A DNA stretch of 64,000 nucleotides from Vicugna vicugna. Lineage: Eukaryota. The DNA lies in the NCBI GenBank assembly GCA_013265495.1, contig MU058584.1:6600407-6664406 (forward strand). Reading direction: 5' to 3'. This document shows, in pieces, positions 38,421 to 51,933 of the stretch (position 1 is its first letter; every line of letters begins with the position of its first letter). The position numbers were made by a program, and so were the translations under genes. The notes below the pieces were generated by a model. That model was not told the origin of the DNA. It did not search any database and saw nothing but the letters and a program-made list of their open reading frames with translations.

Positions 38421-40338
38421 TGCCCAAGACTGTTATAGGTAGGGGTCAACCTTAGCAAGTAAAAGAAGGGGGTGCATAGGGAAAGGGGTGGTGGTGACAG
38501 CAGTTGGGAAGGGAAACAAATTTGTCTGCCCCAGATACTCAACAAAATTCTTGTTTTTGGAACGAATTTAGATCTAATACAACTGATAGAAAAGGAGGAA
38601 AGAAGAGGAAAGGAAGGCAAAGGAGATTGGGGGCAGGGAGGGGAGGGACGGTAACATTTATTGTATAAATTATGTTAGCCCCTTTCACATATTTCACCAT
38701 ATGTCCTTCCTATGGTACTTTTATTATACCCATTTTCTAGAAGCTCGATAAAGACCTGCAAATCACACTGCCCCAAAATAGAGGAATGACCATTTTAATC
38801 CAAACTAATTGATTAGAAAGTACATGTTCTTTTGCTCTTAGTGGAGATTGGTTGGAAATTATTTACCTTAGATTCAAGTATAAAGGAGATGAATATCAAA
38901 GGAAAACTGCCGTCTTTTTCTGGAAAACTAGCCTAATGCCTCTTGGCACCTTCAACTCTCTCAAAACCTCAAATTAAGCAAATAAGCATAACTAATTAAG
39001 CTAATGAGCTAAGCTGATTAATTATCTGTATGCACAGCCTGCTGTGCACTTGTCTATGTTGCATTTCCTGGTACTGGATGATGGAGGAAGAGAAGACATT
39101 TCTCATCTTCCATGGGATCCTTATTTCCGTATATCAGAAGTTAAGGCAATCATAGACAGCACTGGTGGGGAAGCAGGGAAAAAAAAGGGAAAGAAAATCA
39201 GAAAAAAACACAGGCAGGAATGGAACAAGGAACTCCAAGAGGGGCTTCTAATATTTCATTGTTATTGAAAATTACACTTCATAAAAAGTCTTATTCATTC
39301 AAAGTTCGAAGAGTGACAGAAAAAATGGCTTTCATACTTAGGTCTGCTAAATGTATGAGAAATCAATAAAGATGGAACAAGGAGAAACTTCAAGAAAAAC
39401 AAAGCAGAAAATCAATGTGCAGTATAAATAGCACTTCATTAGTGCTGTGGTGCCTTACAAAACAGCTTAGAAAATTGCACGGGTGTAATCGTAGTATACA
39501 GTGCAGGAGAGAATAATTTACTATCATTAGGGGTTTGTAATCCCTACCATGGAAAGGGGAATGTTTGCTCATAACTCTTTAATGATAGTGGACCTGCAGG
39601 CATAAATCCCTAAATGATGAGATGTGAATACATTTTAGAAATTCAAGTTTCTGTTGGGTAAGAAAAAGTCAGGCTGTCTGGTTTGATCGGCTTGCATATC
39701 TAAACCTATCGCTGATCCGCTGAGAACTGCAGCCTTGGGAGTGATTTCCATCCTTTCTGTGTCTTAAGAGGGGCCACCCTTGGGGGTAGAGCATAGTGGT
39801 TTAGTCTCTTGCCCATCAGGCACACATCAACACTATAAACACACAAGTTTTAGTTAGTGGTAGTCAGTGCCAAAGGCATGGCTGCCTGCCGCACCATCCA
39901 AAAACACTCTCAGCAATAACCCAAGTGTTTTCTGTCAGGAAAGCTTCTTCTGTCCTAAGTTTTAGACATTCAGCTTAATGTGGGTCCAAGGCAAAAATGA
40001 GGAACAGGAAAAATTAATAATTTTACACTCCACCCTCCAAACTCCCTTTTCCTCTCTTAGCAGAGTTTCTTCTCTCAATGCTGTTTAATTCTCAAACTCT
40101 CTTCAACAAAATGATCTCTGAAGCAAAGATCTGAAACTTATTAATGCAGAAACACAAACAAAAGACAGGAGTTTAAGTATTACTTCTCCCAGAGGCATTT
40201 TTTTAAAACACCGAACCTAGATCCAATTCTTAAGCTAAGCAAGATTTAGAAAAATCTTCAAAGGGATGTTCTCCGGACAAAGATGCCTAGAGGTTGGGTG
40301 AGAAGTAAGGAATTTCCTAGAGGCTGAATTAGACTGTA

Positions 40339-40340
<2 letters not shown>

Positions 40341-40381
<41 letters not shown>
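40341..40381. repeat. (GT)20 microsatellite
   Basis: Read directly from the sequence. Confidence 0.99.
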
Positions 40382-40382
<1 letters not shown>

Positions 40383-40426
40383 CGAGGGGTCATTATTAGA
40401 GTGTAACCAAGGGAATCATATAATTA

Positions 40427-40635
40427 TGGTTGACTTTGGAACAACACAGGGGTTGGGGCACTGACTCCCATGCAGTCGAAAATCTGTGTATAACCTTGGC
40501 TGTCTGTATCTATGGTTCCACATCCTCAGATTCAACCAACAGTGGATCTTATAGTACTGTAGTACATATTTACTGGAAAAAATATGTATAAGTAGACCTG
40601 AGCAGTTCAAACCTACATTGTTCAAGGGACAAGTG
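40427..40635. mobile_element. TcMar-Tigger MITE (MER8/Tigger3-related)
   Basis: Degenerate TIRs TGGTTGACTTTGGAACAA and TTGTTCAAGGGACAAGTG, each flanked by TA (40425-40426, 40636-40637). Internal GCAGTCGAAAATC and GATTCAACCAAC. Confidence 0.85.
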
Positions 40636-40855
40636 TATAATCAAGGAGGGGAAACACATCCAAAGGGGAGACAACACAAACATGAAAAAATAAGATTCCA
40701 GGTTAGCTACTAGGCAGAAAGGGTAGAGGCTGGGGAGTGGGAATATGAGACTAGTGTTCCAGGACTAGTGGTTTGGGGGAGGCTGTGAACAACACAGAGA
40801 ATGTCAGAAACCTGCTGTTAAATGGTGCAGGCTACACAGGGTGGGCTGGGTTAAA

Positions 40856-41030
40856 TCAGGGGTTCTTCATCTGGTGGGACAGATGGCAGAGTGAACAGTG
40901 GTCCATGGACAGCCTTCAAGAGGTCTGAAAACACCTTGAACTCTTATTTAAAAGGCTGTGCAAGGAGAAGCCTTGAAGATTTGATTAAGTTCTCAGAGCA
41001 GTTTGCCTCCCTAAAATGTCTAAGTACAGC
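40856..41030 (+). mobile_element. hAT-Charlie element (MER103C-like)
   Basis: CAGGGGTTCTTCATCTGG..GGTCCATGGAC..CTTCAAGAGGTC..TTCTCAGAG. Confidence 0.5.
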
Positions 41031-41551
41031 AAGCCAATGAAAGGAGTCTTTGGGAGCTCATGGAATCCCACTGCAGTGTCAGTGGTCTACTGTCAGTTGT
41101 GTGTTCAGCCTGGTTCCCACCCTCTGATTCCATCTTCTTTTAGCACCTGTGGCAAGACTGGTAATGCACATTCGTTTTCTCCTTCCTTCTAGTTCCCTGA
41201 AAGAGGGGAAAGCGTTTACTTAGCTAGGACTGTTGTGAAATGGCATCTCTCTCTCTCCTCCCATGGGAATGATGCATCCTCCCACTGTTACACCCTGGAG
41301 TGCAGCTTGTCCCCAATACCACATCTCTGCTCTGCTGGCAGACCAGCTAGTCAGCTACAGTCTCTCGTGTTTTTAGATTTCTCAGGTGTCAGCCAGATGC
41401 CACTCTATGTCCTGAGCACCGCAGAACACACAACAAACTCTCCCAAATGCCCGTTTCCCTAGAATTACAGTTGGGGATGTAATGAGAATGGAGTACACAG
41501 TATACTAATCGCACTTTCAAAAATCCTTTTTAATTCTACACTCCTCTATCA

Positions 41552-41587
<36 letters not shown>

Positions 41588-41602
41588 TTTATTATTATTA
41601 TT
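41552..41602. repeat. (AAT)12 followed by an inverted (ATT)4
   Basis: Read directly from the sequence. Confidence 0.95.
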
Positions 41603-44600
41603 TTCCCCCAGGCACTTTAACTTCAAATGTTTTATGCTCTCAAGTGGGTGCCAGGTGAAGTTATCAAAGCCTGTAACTAGGCACCTTCTTGCAAACCCTG
41701 TATGGAAAGTCTTACTTTGGGCTGTAGGAGGAGTTGGAGTCTGTTTTCTTGGAGCCATGGGTAAAACTAAGACTGAAATAGTTTCATTTTGACAACCTGT
41801 TACTTGTGGCGATATTAGGAGTTGGGACAGGGCCCCATGACTATTAGCAGTGTCCAATGGAGACGAGAACCAGCCTATCAAACACAAAGTGTTCTAAGGA
41901 AACCAGTCCTGGGAGAACCATGGCTCCCTGTGGTTCTCTGAAAAACAGGCAAACGTTGAGTTGACACCTGAGGAGGAGGCTTTTCTGGTTTTTTTTTTGG
42001 TTTCACGTTGGTAAACCTGTTCTTTCAGGGCACATGCTGCTTTCTTTATTGGAAGCTTAGAGTGACACATCCCTGTTGATGGGGTACAGATGGCAGGAAG
42101 GAGAGGATGAAGAACCAGAGGGGAAGAGAGGCAGACGGGTTCCCAAGCAGTTCCTTTGGGGACGGTTTTATGTTCACCGGCGGCAGCATCAATAGCAATG
42201 AACTCTCATGCGGGGGCTGACTCAGGTTTCTGTTCTAAAGGAGACTATTTGCCATCCAGAGGGTTTTTAGTATTCTGGTCTGCAGCAGGAGTGGCTTGTG
42301 GCCAGTCTCAACACTGCTAGAGAAGCCCAGAGGGTTTTCTTAAAAGTCCCAAATTGCTTGTGTTCTTTGTAAAACAGAATCAAATACAGAGATATCTCAC
42401 TTATCCAGCCCTTGGGGAATGAGCCATTCCACAGAAATGCATTTTTCAGATATTTAAGTTTGTGCTGTGATTTAATAAAGTTTGCAAAAAGTCTTTGGGG
42501 TTTCGGGTTTTTTTTTCCTTGCCCTTCCTATCTTACTCTGATCCTTAAGCAACCACCCATAAAACAAGACTTGGGAGGCTCTATTACCCCACCTGCTGCT
42601 GCCCCCAGGTAGTATAACCGATACCTGCTTTGCCGTCCATGGCTCTGGGTCTTCTGACCCCAGATGTAGTTGTAAGTCTCTTCAATGTGTCACATATAGG
42701 ATACTTTGGGAAGTACTATTTTTATTCACTATTAGTGAAAAGAACAGTTGAATTAAATTCATCAAGTGTGTTCAGGCAACTTTTTAAGTGTCAAGTACTG
42801 TTAGGTACTGTCAAAGTTATTTTGGTTTAATTAAGAACAGAGAGAGATGTTGGGTTTAGAAAACTCTGGAATGCAATCAGTGGAGTGGCTGGAATGCTAC
42901 TGGCTGGGGCTAGAGGCTGAAAGGCTGGTCACTACTAGGAGGGCCAAGTAGAAAGGAAAAACAGAAGTGAGGACTAGATGAACAGATCATGAACCTGAGA
43001 CAGTGGCTCAGAGTAGAATGGAGTCTCTACTTAGTAAGACAATGTCAGAGCTGGGTAAGACATGGTAAGGTCAAGTGAACAGTCATCTGTTGTCACTAGT
43101 TAGCAACTTCTTCGTATGTGGGATCACCTGGATTGGCCCACTCAAGGCATCCTGCCCCAGGGCTTCTCGGGTTTTAAGAGGACACTAATAGAATTAGAGA
43201 CATGGTTCCTGATCTCAAAGCTTTTAACATGCTAAGTTGACCCAGAAACTTTTTATTTCCTATGACCGTATCATCAAGTTTCATCAGCTTTTGCAAAAAA
43301 TAAAATTATCTTTCTGGTATTTTTTGGAGATCTCCTATTTTAAGTATTTGCAATATTCTCATTTGGAAATAGGTAAATCCCACTCTTATCAAACATCTAA
43401 AGTTGCATCTTGGGTTATCCATTTCCCTTTTGAGAGTTGGAGAGCAGAGACATTTGCTGAAAGGAGAGAAGGCAGCACTTTATCAGACTTTGAAATCAGC
43501 ATATTGCTAAGAAGGATGTCTAACCAGAAGGAGAAAAAGGAGCATCCTTTGAACACCAAAGAAAGTTCCCCTTCTTCATGCTTGGTGTATTTCTCCCACA
43601 TTGAAGAAATCCAGGTCTGCCATCTCCTGACTCCTTTTCGCTGCTTTCGCCTTTCCTTCTGCCTACTCCCATGGGCAGGCTACATTCTTGAGCTGACTTA
43701 ACTCAGTCAGCTTCAGGGTTGGCCAGAGCAGTTCCCACATTTGTTCAGGGCCCCCAGGTCCTTCCAACTTCATACTAATGATAGAGCTTTGGGAGCCTAA
43801 GGTTCTTGTTTCTTGAGTTGATATGAGTACTTTACCCATCACACATACCCTCCCAGCCATTATAACCTCCAGGAAACCTACTAGCTGCCCCAGTTCACAC
43901 CAGAGCTTCTGTTTTGGGCCTCCTTCTGAAAAACTGGTTTCCCAGGTCTTTTCTTCAGCTCCTGCCTTTTCCTTCTCCAGATGATGGAGCGCCTCCTCAG
44001 CACCCAGGCCAGGGGCTAGTGCCTGGGTGCCCAAGTACAGCTGTCTGCAAGTCAGTCTGTACTACAGCATCTGAGTGTCACCTGTTGCTAGGATTCCCAG
44101 CCTTCGGGTCCTGCAGGGTGCTGTGCTATCACTTTGGGTCCTCGGTGCCAACCATACGCCTGAGTCTTCATTGAAGACCAAAATAATTTTTACCTCCCCT
44201 ATTTTAGTCATGATGAACCACCCCTTTTTGTCCCTGCCAGTGGCGTACCATCATCTGTCTATACCAGCCCTGGGCCCTTCTCCCTGTAGCTCCTGTCTTA
44301 CTTGGCTACCTAGAAATTCTGATGGAAAATAGTCTTTATGGGTTATTAAAACCCCTTCCCAAGTATCTTCTTAAAAAATACAAAGAGTTTCAGGAAGACT
44401 TAAAATAATGTTACTTTAGTGTTAATTATTTTTTCAGTGGAAAAACACAGGCAGTATTGAAATCTAGTAAGAAACTTGGGTCTGTTGGGTTTGTGTTGCG
44501 GGGGTGGAAGGAAATCTGAAAAGATGAAAAATTGCAAGTACAGAAGGTTAACTTTTCTCAATTTTGCCAACACTGGCATGAGGAAGTTAAGTTTCTGTAT

Positions 44601-44735
44601 AATAAATGTACTTAACCATAAAAAGTATTTTTCTTGTCAGTTAACTTAGTAATTATAAAGAGAGACTTTGAAATAAGCACAATTAATCACTCCAAATTCA
44701 GCCATTCTGAAACACTGTAAAAAGTATTTCTGGAA

Positions 44736-44946
44736 GGGATAGATGGGGACTTCAAAATTGTAGAATAGATAGATGAGATTATACTCTATAGCACAGGGAA
44801 ATATACACAAAATCTTATGGTAGCTCACAGAGAAAAAAATGTGACAATGAGTGTGCATATGTCCATGTATGACTGAAAAATTGTGCTGAACACTGGAATT
44901 TGACACAACATTGTAAAGTGATTATAAATCAATAAAAAATGTTATA
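44736..44946 (+). mobile_element. Young 5'-truncated L1 3' end
   Basis: Closely similar to 26105-26312. Perfect 17-bp TSD AAAAAGTATTTCTGGAA at 44719-44735 and 44947-44963. Confidence 0.96.
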
Positions 44947-46787
44947 AAAAAGTATTTCTGGAATAACGGAAGAGTCATATGATATCTCTTATGCAAATTT
45001 TTTGATATACATTTCTGTACCCCAAATTGTAAACTACTTTAGAAGAGAGATAATGTCATGAAGTTTTGCATCTTGAGAACTCTGGAATGGAATAAAACAA
45101 GTTCTATGCTGGGGGGTGGGGGCTGTTTGCTTTCAGGTTCTAGCCCATACTGTGCATTTTACTTTTTCTCTTCTGTGTCTTCTATCTACTTCTGAGCTAA
45201 TTGCTCGTTTAAAAAAATTCTCTTATAGCACGTGGTTCTATGATTTAAACTTGGTAGTGCTGAATAATGGTTGTTAAATTGAATTGAAGTCAACATCACT
45301 ACATATGGGCCCATTTTAGCTATAATTCTAGAGCAAGATTGACTTTTTGTTTTTCTGTCGTGTGATGAAAGCAAGTTGGCAGACAGCTAGCAACCTTTCA
45401 TTCCCTGGTATCACTTTTATTATTTATTTACTGTTTGTAGTACAAACATGTTTCCAGGACCTTAAGCAACTAGAATGTAGTTTTCTACTTAAATTCAATC
45501 CCTCTGTTTAAAAACCTGTGTGTCAGGGAGAGTTCGGCAAAATTCAGAAACTAGTAAGAAAAAAATAACTGCAACTATTCTTGGGATAGAAGAGAAAAGA
45601 GAGAAGAAGAAATATTTACTGAATCCCTTCATGCTTAACAGATCCATAACTGTTTCCAGAACCAGTTCAAACTAATTCTGTGTCTTGCACTATTTTATTT
45701 GGGGCTTAACGCACTTTAGGACCACAGAAGGGAGAACTGGTTTGGCAAAACATTTCAGACTATTCTTTTCTCTTCTCTCTTAGTCTTTCTTTTTCTTAAA
45801 TGATTTGGGTCTTGGCAAAACTAAGAAGTGTTTTTTCCTAATGCACTTTATTTTTTTAGTTTAATTTTTAACTAGATGTGCATTTCAAAGGAAATGTAAC
45901 CCAGCTGTTTCTTATTCTTTTGCACTCAACAAAATGGTACTTTGTAAAAGCCATTCAATGTCCAAGAAGCCTTGAGCCCCTTTTAAAAAAAGTTAAGGCT
46001 TTCTTTTCTTTGAACCAAGAATGTAAGCTTCGCCAAAAGAGAAGAGTTGGAACCAAGAAAGACTGGGATTTGGTTTAATTTAAACTCAGAATTTATAAGT
46101 AAGGGAATGATTGCAGCCCTGGCAGGGCGTAGGTATTTCCAGGTAACTGAAATTTAATTCTTTTATTTAGGAGCCTGACCACATCCAATAGTGGCACTTC
46201 TATATTGTCTTCCCTGAGGACTTCTTAGAAGGGAAAACAGTGTCTATGTGTCTATGAATGGGGTGGGGAGAGGGATGGGCAGGAGGATGTAGTGGGAGAC
46301 AGAAATACCTCCTATACAGCTGCACTGGGGAAAAATGTAGAATGAACCCTGATCACTCAGGACTTTAGTATCTAAGAAAATAATCATTTCCACAGAAGTA
46401 AAAATAAAATTTACTTTTAAAATGTTTAAAAGTAGTTGGTTAAACAAATGTAATTCTCAATAAAAATGCAAAGAGTTACTCTTACTTTACTTATGAGAAA
46501 GGAAATTTCCAAATCTTGGAAAGACCTATTTGTAATACATAATTTTGTATTTTGATTACAAACTTTTATATATTTATTAAAGTAGATTGTTGAAGTTCTT
46601 CCCCTTGGCAACACTTTGTTGTCCTAATTAGAAGTTATTGAGTAATTGGAAGTAAAAAAAATGTATTTCTCTAAAGACATTCTATAATTCTAATGTTCAC
46701 TAATGGAAAACAAACTTTTCTCATTTTCCTCTTGCTCTGAATTAAATCTTATTGAGTTAAAAGGAGCTGTATGTAAATATTTTACAG

Positions 46788-46901
46788 ACTTGGCTTTGAA
46801 AAATTGTCCGCATGATAAATACGTACCAAGAGGGCAAAGAAGCACCAGGGCCTCCAACTCGTCAGAGCTTTTGTGGGAAGTCGGAAAACGTTCCTGTCCA
46901 G
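46788..46901 (+). other. Candidate 114-nt exon (host transcript unknown)
   Basis: ATTTTACAG acceptor and CAG|GTGAGA donor. Open in phase 1, with several CpGs retained. Confidence 0.25.
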
Positions 46902-48844
46902 GTGAGATGCCGCCTGCAGGTGTGGTCTGCAAAGTGGACAGCACCTACGTGCAAGGACAAAGGAGAGGACTCCTTTGGGTGGCTACAGCCCACACCTGGC
47001 TCTCGGCTTGGAGAGGATGGCCTGGGCTGGATCTCAGGCCCTATTTACCCCAGCTGCTCAGACCTGAGAACTACATTGGCTGCCTGGGGAGACAAGAGGA
47101 ATGTGGAGAAAACCCACGTCTGATAAAAAGTACTTGAAGAGGCTTGCTGTGAGCTGTAAGATTTAAAGTCCTCCAAGCAAAACCTTCAGGGAAGTCGCTA
47201 TTGTTCAGTAACACTGTTGGTGCCGGGGGTTCCTTTTCCTCTGGAGAATATTATGCAGTATTGAAAACTGCATCAAAATGAACTTGAAGTTTCAACCAAG
47301 GACAGAAGACATCTGAATTACAAAGTTAACCAAGCTACTTTCCTGCCTTGGAGTAACTCGCCGCCTAGTGAGGGGGATGGAGAACCTAACCACATAAGGC
47401 AATATGAATCAACCTGGTGACACTCATGCAGTCCACATGCAGAGGGTATGCTCTCTCAGAGAGCAGAGGCCAGGTCTAAGCTGAGCTCCGCACAACCCCT
47501 AACAACGTCCCGGGTATGTGATGAGTGAGTATTGCAGAACTGAGTGAAAGAAATATTGCGATTCTAGGTCTATGTGCTAATCCATGTTTCTCACCTTCAA
47601 AAATTTTGCTTGTAGTAAATGAATTACAATTTTACTTACTTTCCCTCAGATCCAAAGGAAATGAAATATTTTGGGGAAAAAAAGTGATTGGGCAACTCGG
47701 GCATTTTTGAAAACCATGTGTGTTTTCACTTCTTATTTCCTTATTGCTTAGGAAACAAATACCTGAGTGAAATTTAAATTCAATAAAGTGTGCAGATTTC
47801 ACTTAAATTAGGAAGAGAAAGCACTATGAAAGCTTTGCATTATGAGAAACTTGGGCTAGTTTGGGCATTTATTTCATAGTAATGAGTGTGTGACAGAAGG
47901 AAAAGGATAAAAAAGAGCTGTGACAACGGGGACTTATCACCCTTCCAGCCTGGTGTGTGGGCTCCCAGGATGACTTGGTGACAAACACAGTAAAGGATCT
48001 GTTAGTAAAGGGACCAGGGCTGGTGGGGCCCCATGAGGGCCGAGCAGGTTGGTGACAGATGGCTTGAGCAAAATACCGAGAATCTGGAAAACTTAAAGCC
48101 CTCAGGCTATCCGGCTAGATTATATTGTGGGAAAGATGGAAAGGCTAGGAAGGGCCTGCATCCAAAAAGCCTTTCCAAAATGTTATCATTATCATTATAC
48201 TGCCCGTAAGTCTTTAAGACTTTCCTTTCCTCCTTGGGGTTTTGTATTAAAATTCCAGTACTCTTGGTTTTCATAACCTTTTCAGCATTATGAGTTAACG
48301 ACTTAACTGCGTGTGGCTTTTTACCTGCGACAACAATCTAACAAGGCAAGTCTGTGTGGAGACTGGAAGTAGATGTGCCTGGCTGGGGAAAGGAGGCTAG
48401 GAGGCAAAGCGGGAGGGAGCCAAAGGAGACCCTGGCCTGCTTCACAAATTTGTGCAGGAACAGCCTTACCCTGCAAACTGACACCATGCTAATAACCCAA
48501 CACTCTGACAATCAAGATTTAAACTCATCAAACCATTTTTGGCTTGCTAGGAAGGAAGGAAGAAAATGCACGTATATTTAGCATCTGCCAAGTATTATCT
48601 GTTTTCATAAATGACTTCTTTTGTATTTCTCATAACAGCCGCATGGCACACCTGCTCTTTCCATCGCTATCAAGGAAGAGCTGGAATTTAAACCAGGACT
48701 ACTAACTGTAAGTCCAATTCTCTTTTTGCTCTTCTAAGGTGTGTCAAGGCTAAAAATGAGCTTGTTCACTGCTGCTTCTACATCTTTTCTTCCCCTTTTG
48801 ATTATTCTACTACTGGGATTTTGGAAATTCCTAGAGTGAAATTG

Positions 48845-49005
48845 TCTCAGAACAATCCCCTGGTAGGCATTATTGCCCCAGTTTTCAGATGAGCCAACTG
48901 AGGCACAAACAGTTTAAATAATGGGCCCAAAGCTGCAGAGCTAGATACCAGTGCAGCCAGGTTTCAGGCACCCTAACACCAGAGCCCATGCTCTGAACCA
49001 CTGGG
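48845..49005 (-). mobile_element. MIR SINE
   Basis: CCCAGTTTTCAGATGAGCCAACTGAGGCACA..GCCCAAAG..CCAGAGCCCATGCTCTGAACCACT. Confidence 0.9.
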
Positions 49006-50321
49006 GACTCCTCTGCATTGATGTCTCTAGGGAGCCACCGCCCCATGTTGACTGTGACCTCCCTGGCATCCTGGGGACCCACTAGCTGATTTGTGGTGGG
49101 TATCTGTGCAGACTTGAGAAAAGGATCTAGGAATCTTCACACTGGGTCCATTGTCCTAGCTGTGCACAGCACGCCCATTGCACAGTCCCAAGGTCAAATC
49201 AGTGATGGAAGAACTGAAGAATCTTGTCTGGAGTTGACTTCCCAGGATTGCTTTCATCCTTGTCTAAGACCGACCTGGCACTTCATGGGAACTAGGGTGA
49301 CTGGAAACATTTTGCAGAGAAAAGCGAGCTATTTAGACTTCCCATTTTTTTCCTAATGAAAAAGGTATCAGGGAAAAATGTCAGGGAGTGAACACTGCCA
49401 TCTCCTCTCCACCCCTCCATGGAAAGCAGTCCAGCAACAGGATACAGGGTGTCTTAGCAGAGTCTCTCATAACTCTGCCCCTCACTTGGGTGTAAATCAT
49501 TCTCCACTTGCAGATCAGGCATAAATCGTTCTGAAATCACGGTGCTCACTAAATGTTATTGTGTTATTAAGACATAAATCCTATGTCAGCTTGATGAAAT
49601 GTCTGAGGCTATCAAGTTAAACAAGTCAAGGCAGCTACTTAATGATTTCCAAACACTCGCTTATTAAAGTTCAGACGAGAGGCTTGAGAGGAAAGCCATG
49701 TTAAAAAATGGACTCCAAACAACCGTTTTTCACATTTGTTCAGTGACCAATAGCCCTAATGACTCCCTCCAGCTCTGAACTCCATCCCAGGAGTAGGGCC
49801 TAGAATGGACAACATGGGTCACCAAGGAGAAGCAGCCCAGGATTTGGGGAGCCTCCTTTGACCTTTGCAACTTCCATTGTATGAATCACAGGCTTGCAGC
49901 CATTCTCAGATCTCGCTCTTTTAACCTGTCTTTAAGGCATCTTCCATAATGTGGAGAGTGAAAAGGACTCAATTTTGCCCAGTTGATGTGATCCCAGTGA
50001 GTTGATCACAGCCCAAATTTATGTAAATATAACACAGCACCTTATATGTAGATAGCCCTTTAGAGTTTCAGAGAATGTCCTCAGTATTTTATTTACATCT
50101 TCCCCTCTCTCCCTGTCACTTCACAGAAAAGTTGGAATGATCAAAAAAGAACCTTCTTGACACCTTACCTCCACACTACGATTTATCTGCAGCTCCTTTT
50201 CCATCCCTGATGTCAGGATGTTCTTCCTTCTACACAAGATGCACCCTTCCACCTGTCCTGGAATCTGATTGCTTCTCCCCTTCTCTTTCCTAAGATACTT
50301 TGCTCTATTAAAAAGCTTCTC

Positions 50322-50523
50322 GATTTGCAGATACTGGCTACTATATATAAAATGGATAAACAGTTTATACTGTGTATAAACTTATATTCAATACAGTATA
50401 GTAACCTATAATGAAAAAGAATATGAAAACGAATATATGTATGCGTATGTATGACTGAAACACTATGCTGTACACCAGAAATTGACACAGCATTATAAAC
50501 TGACTACACTTCAATTTAAAAAA
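50322..50523 (+). mobile_element. 5'-truncated L1 3' end (older subfamily)
   Basis: Related to 62520-62730. Imperfect TSD AAAAAGCTTCTC (50310-50321) and AAAAAGTTCCTC (50524-50535). Confidence 0.9.
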
Positions 50524-50809
50524 AAAAAGTTCCTCTCCTGGCTCTATTTTCAGCCTCTTCTTTTTACTATTCCCTTCCCATTTGCATTTAAGCAAGCACA
50601 AGTCTTCTACAAATTTGACAGAACAAATACATTTCTGCCAAACTCCGCCCCCATCTACTGCCTTATCTAATCCTTCTTTCACTACTAAACTTTTTGAAAG
50701 AGTCTCTCACTCACTGTCTTCTATGTTTCACCTTCCAGTCACTCCTCAAGCCCCTCCAGTCTGAGTTCTGTCCCTAAAAACTCCTCTAGAATCTTACCAA
50801 ATTCACTGT

Positions 50810-51120
50810 GTAGATTAGAAGACTCTGGCTGCAAGTGACAGAAAATCCAATGCAAGGTCTACACTCCCAAATGAGTCAGCTGGGTACAGAATGGCTGCAG
50901 TAGATCTGGGCTGCACATCAACGCACAATGACATTCAGAAGAGAAAAAGCCATCTCTTCCTGCGGCTGTTTGGTAAGTACAGAACCTTTTCCTAGAAACT
51001 CCCAGAAAACTTGTTTTAATTATTCCTTAACGTGAATTGTGTGTGTTGTGCCCAGTCCTGAAGCAAGTCTTAAGGCCAGAGGCACACCACGTGAGTGTCT
51101 TACTTACAAGCACTGAAATT
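50810..51120 (-). mobile_element. Old MaLR LTR (MLT1-like) inside L2
   Basis: GATTAGAAGACTCTGGCTGCAAGTGACAGAAAATCCAA..TTCCTAGAAACTCCCAG. Confidence 0.6.
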
Positions 51121-51130
51121 CTTCTTATAG

Positions 51131-51333
51131 CAGTGGTTCTCAGCCAGCAGCTATTTTGCCCCCAAAGGGACATTTGACAATGTCTGGAGTCAGTGTTGAT
51201 TGTTACCACTGTGACTGAGGTGCCAATGTGCCTAGAGGCTGGTAGTCAGAGATGCTGTTAAACACGCTGTGGTGCTCAGGGCAGCCCCCAACAGCTAAGG
51301 ACGATCTAGCCCCATATGTCAATAGTGTCATTG
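51131..51333 (+). mobile_element. MER20
   Basis: CAGTGGTTCTCAGCC..TTTTGCCCCCAAAGGGACATTTGACAATGTCTGGAG..GATGCTGTTAAACAC..ATGTCAATAGTG. Confidence 0.9.
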
Positions 51334-51639
51334 TTTTTCTTTATTATTCCCACATCTCATCAATCACAGCCTCTGTCAGTGCCAGATCCCAAAGGTCTCT
51401 GTAGTTTGTCCATCTCTCTGCCTCCTCATGGCCACTTTCCTCCTTTAGGTCACTAGCACTTTTCATGTTCTTGTACAATTTTTTACATTGTTTTACTAGC
51501 ATCATTTTTCTAACTGAGGTGTTGAACTTTGCTGCCACCCCATCCACTTAACCCTACACATCCTGTATCAGTTAAGGTTTGGCTATATAGAAAAGGACAT
51601 GTCTGCTACAGAATATCTTGTTTTATTTTTTGTCTTTTA

Positions 51640-51933
51640 AATAGACACAATGAGCAGTTGTGCCATTCCTGCCTCTGAATGCTATCATCAGTATTTCATT
51701 CCTGAATCTGAGCTGTCTGAGGTCCACAAGGAGTGCCAACATGCTGAGGACGGCAGAGGGGAAAGACGGAATGCGTCTGATTCTTGACAACATCTCTGAG
51801 TGCTGAATTAGTCAACACCAGCACCATCCTATCTTAGAACTTCTTCTTATGTCCGAAACTAAGCATTACTGAGCATTTAAACCACATGAAACTTCATTTT
51901 CCTCTTGTGACCAAAAGCATTCTAAATGGAACA
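51640..51933 (+). mobile_element. MaLR LTR (MLT1J-like)
   Basis: GCCAACATGCTGAGGACGGCAGAG..AGAACTTCTT..TTTAAACCAC..TTGTGACCAAAAGCATTCTAAATGGAACA. Confidence 0.7.

Noticed and set aside
43237..43701. 154-aa ORF
   Set aside because: Non-ATG start, no recognisable domain and no convincing exon boundaries; consistent with a chance ORF.
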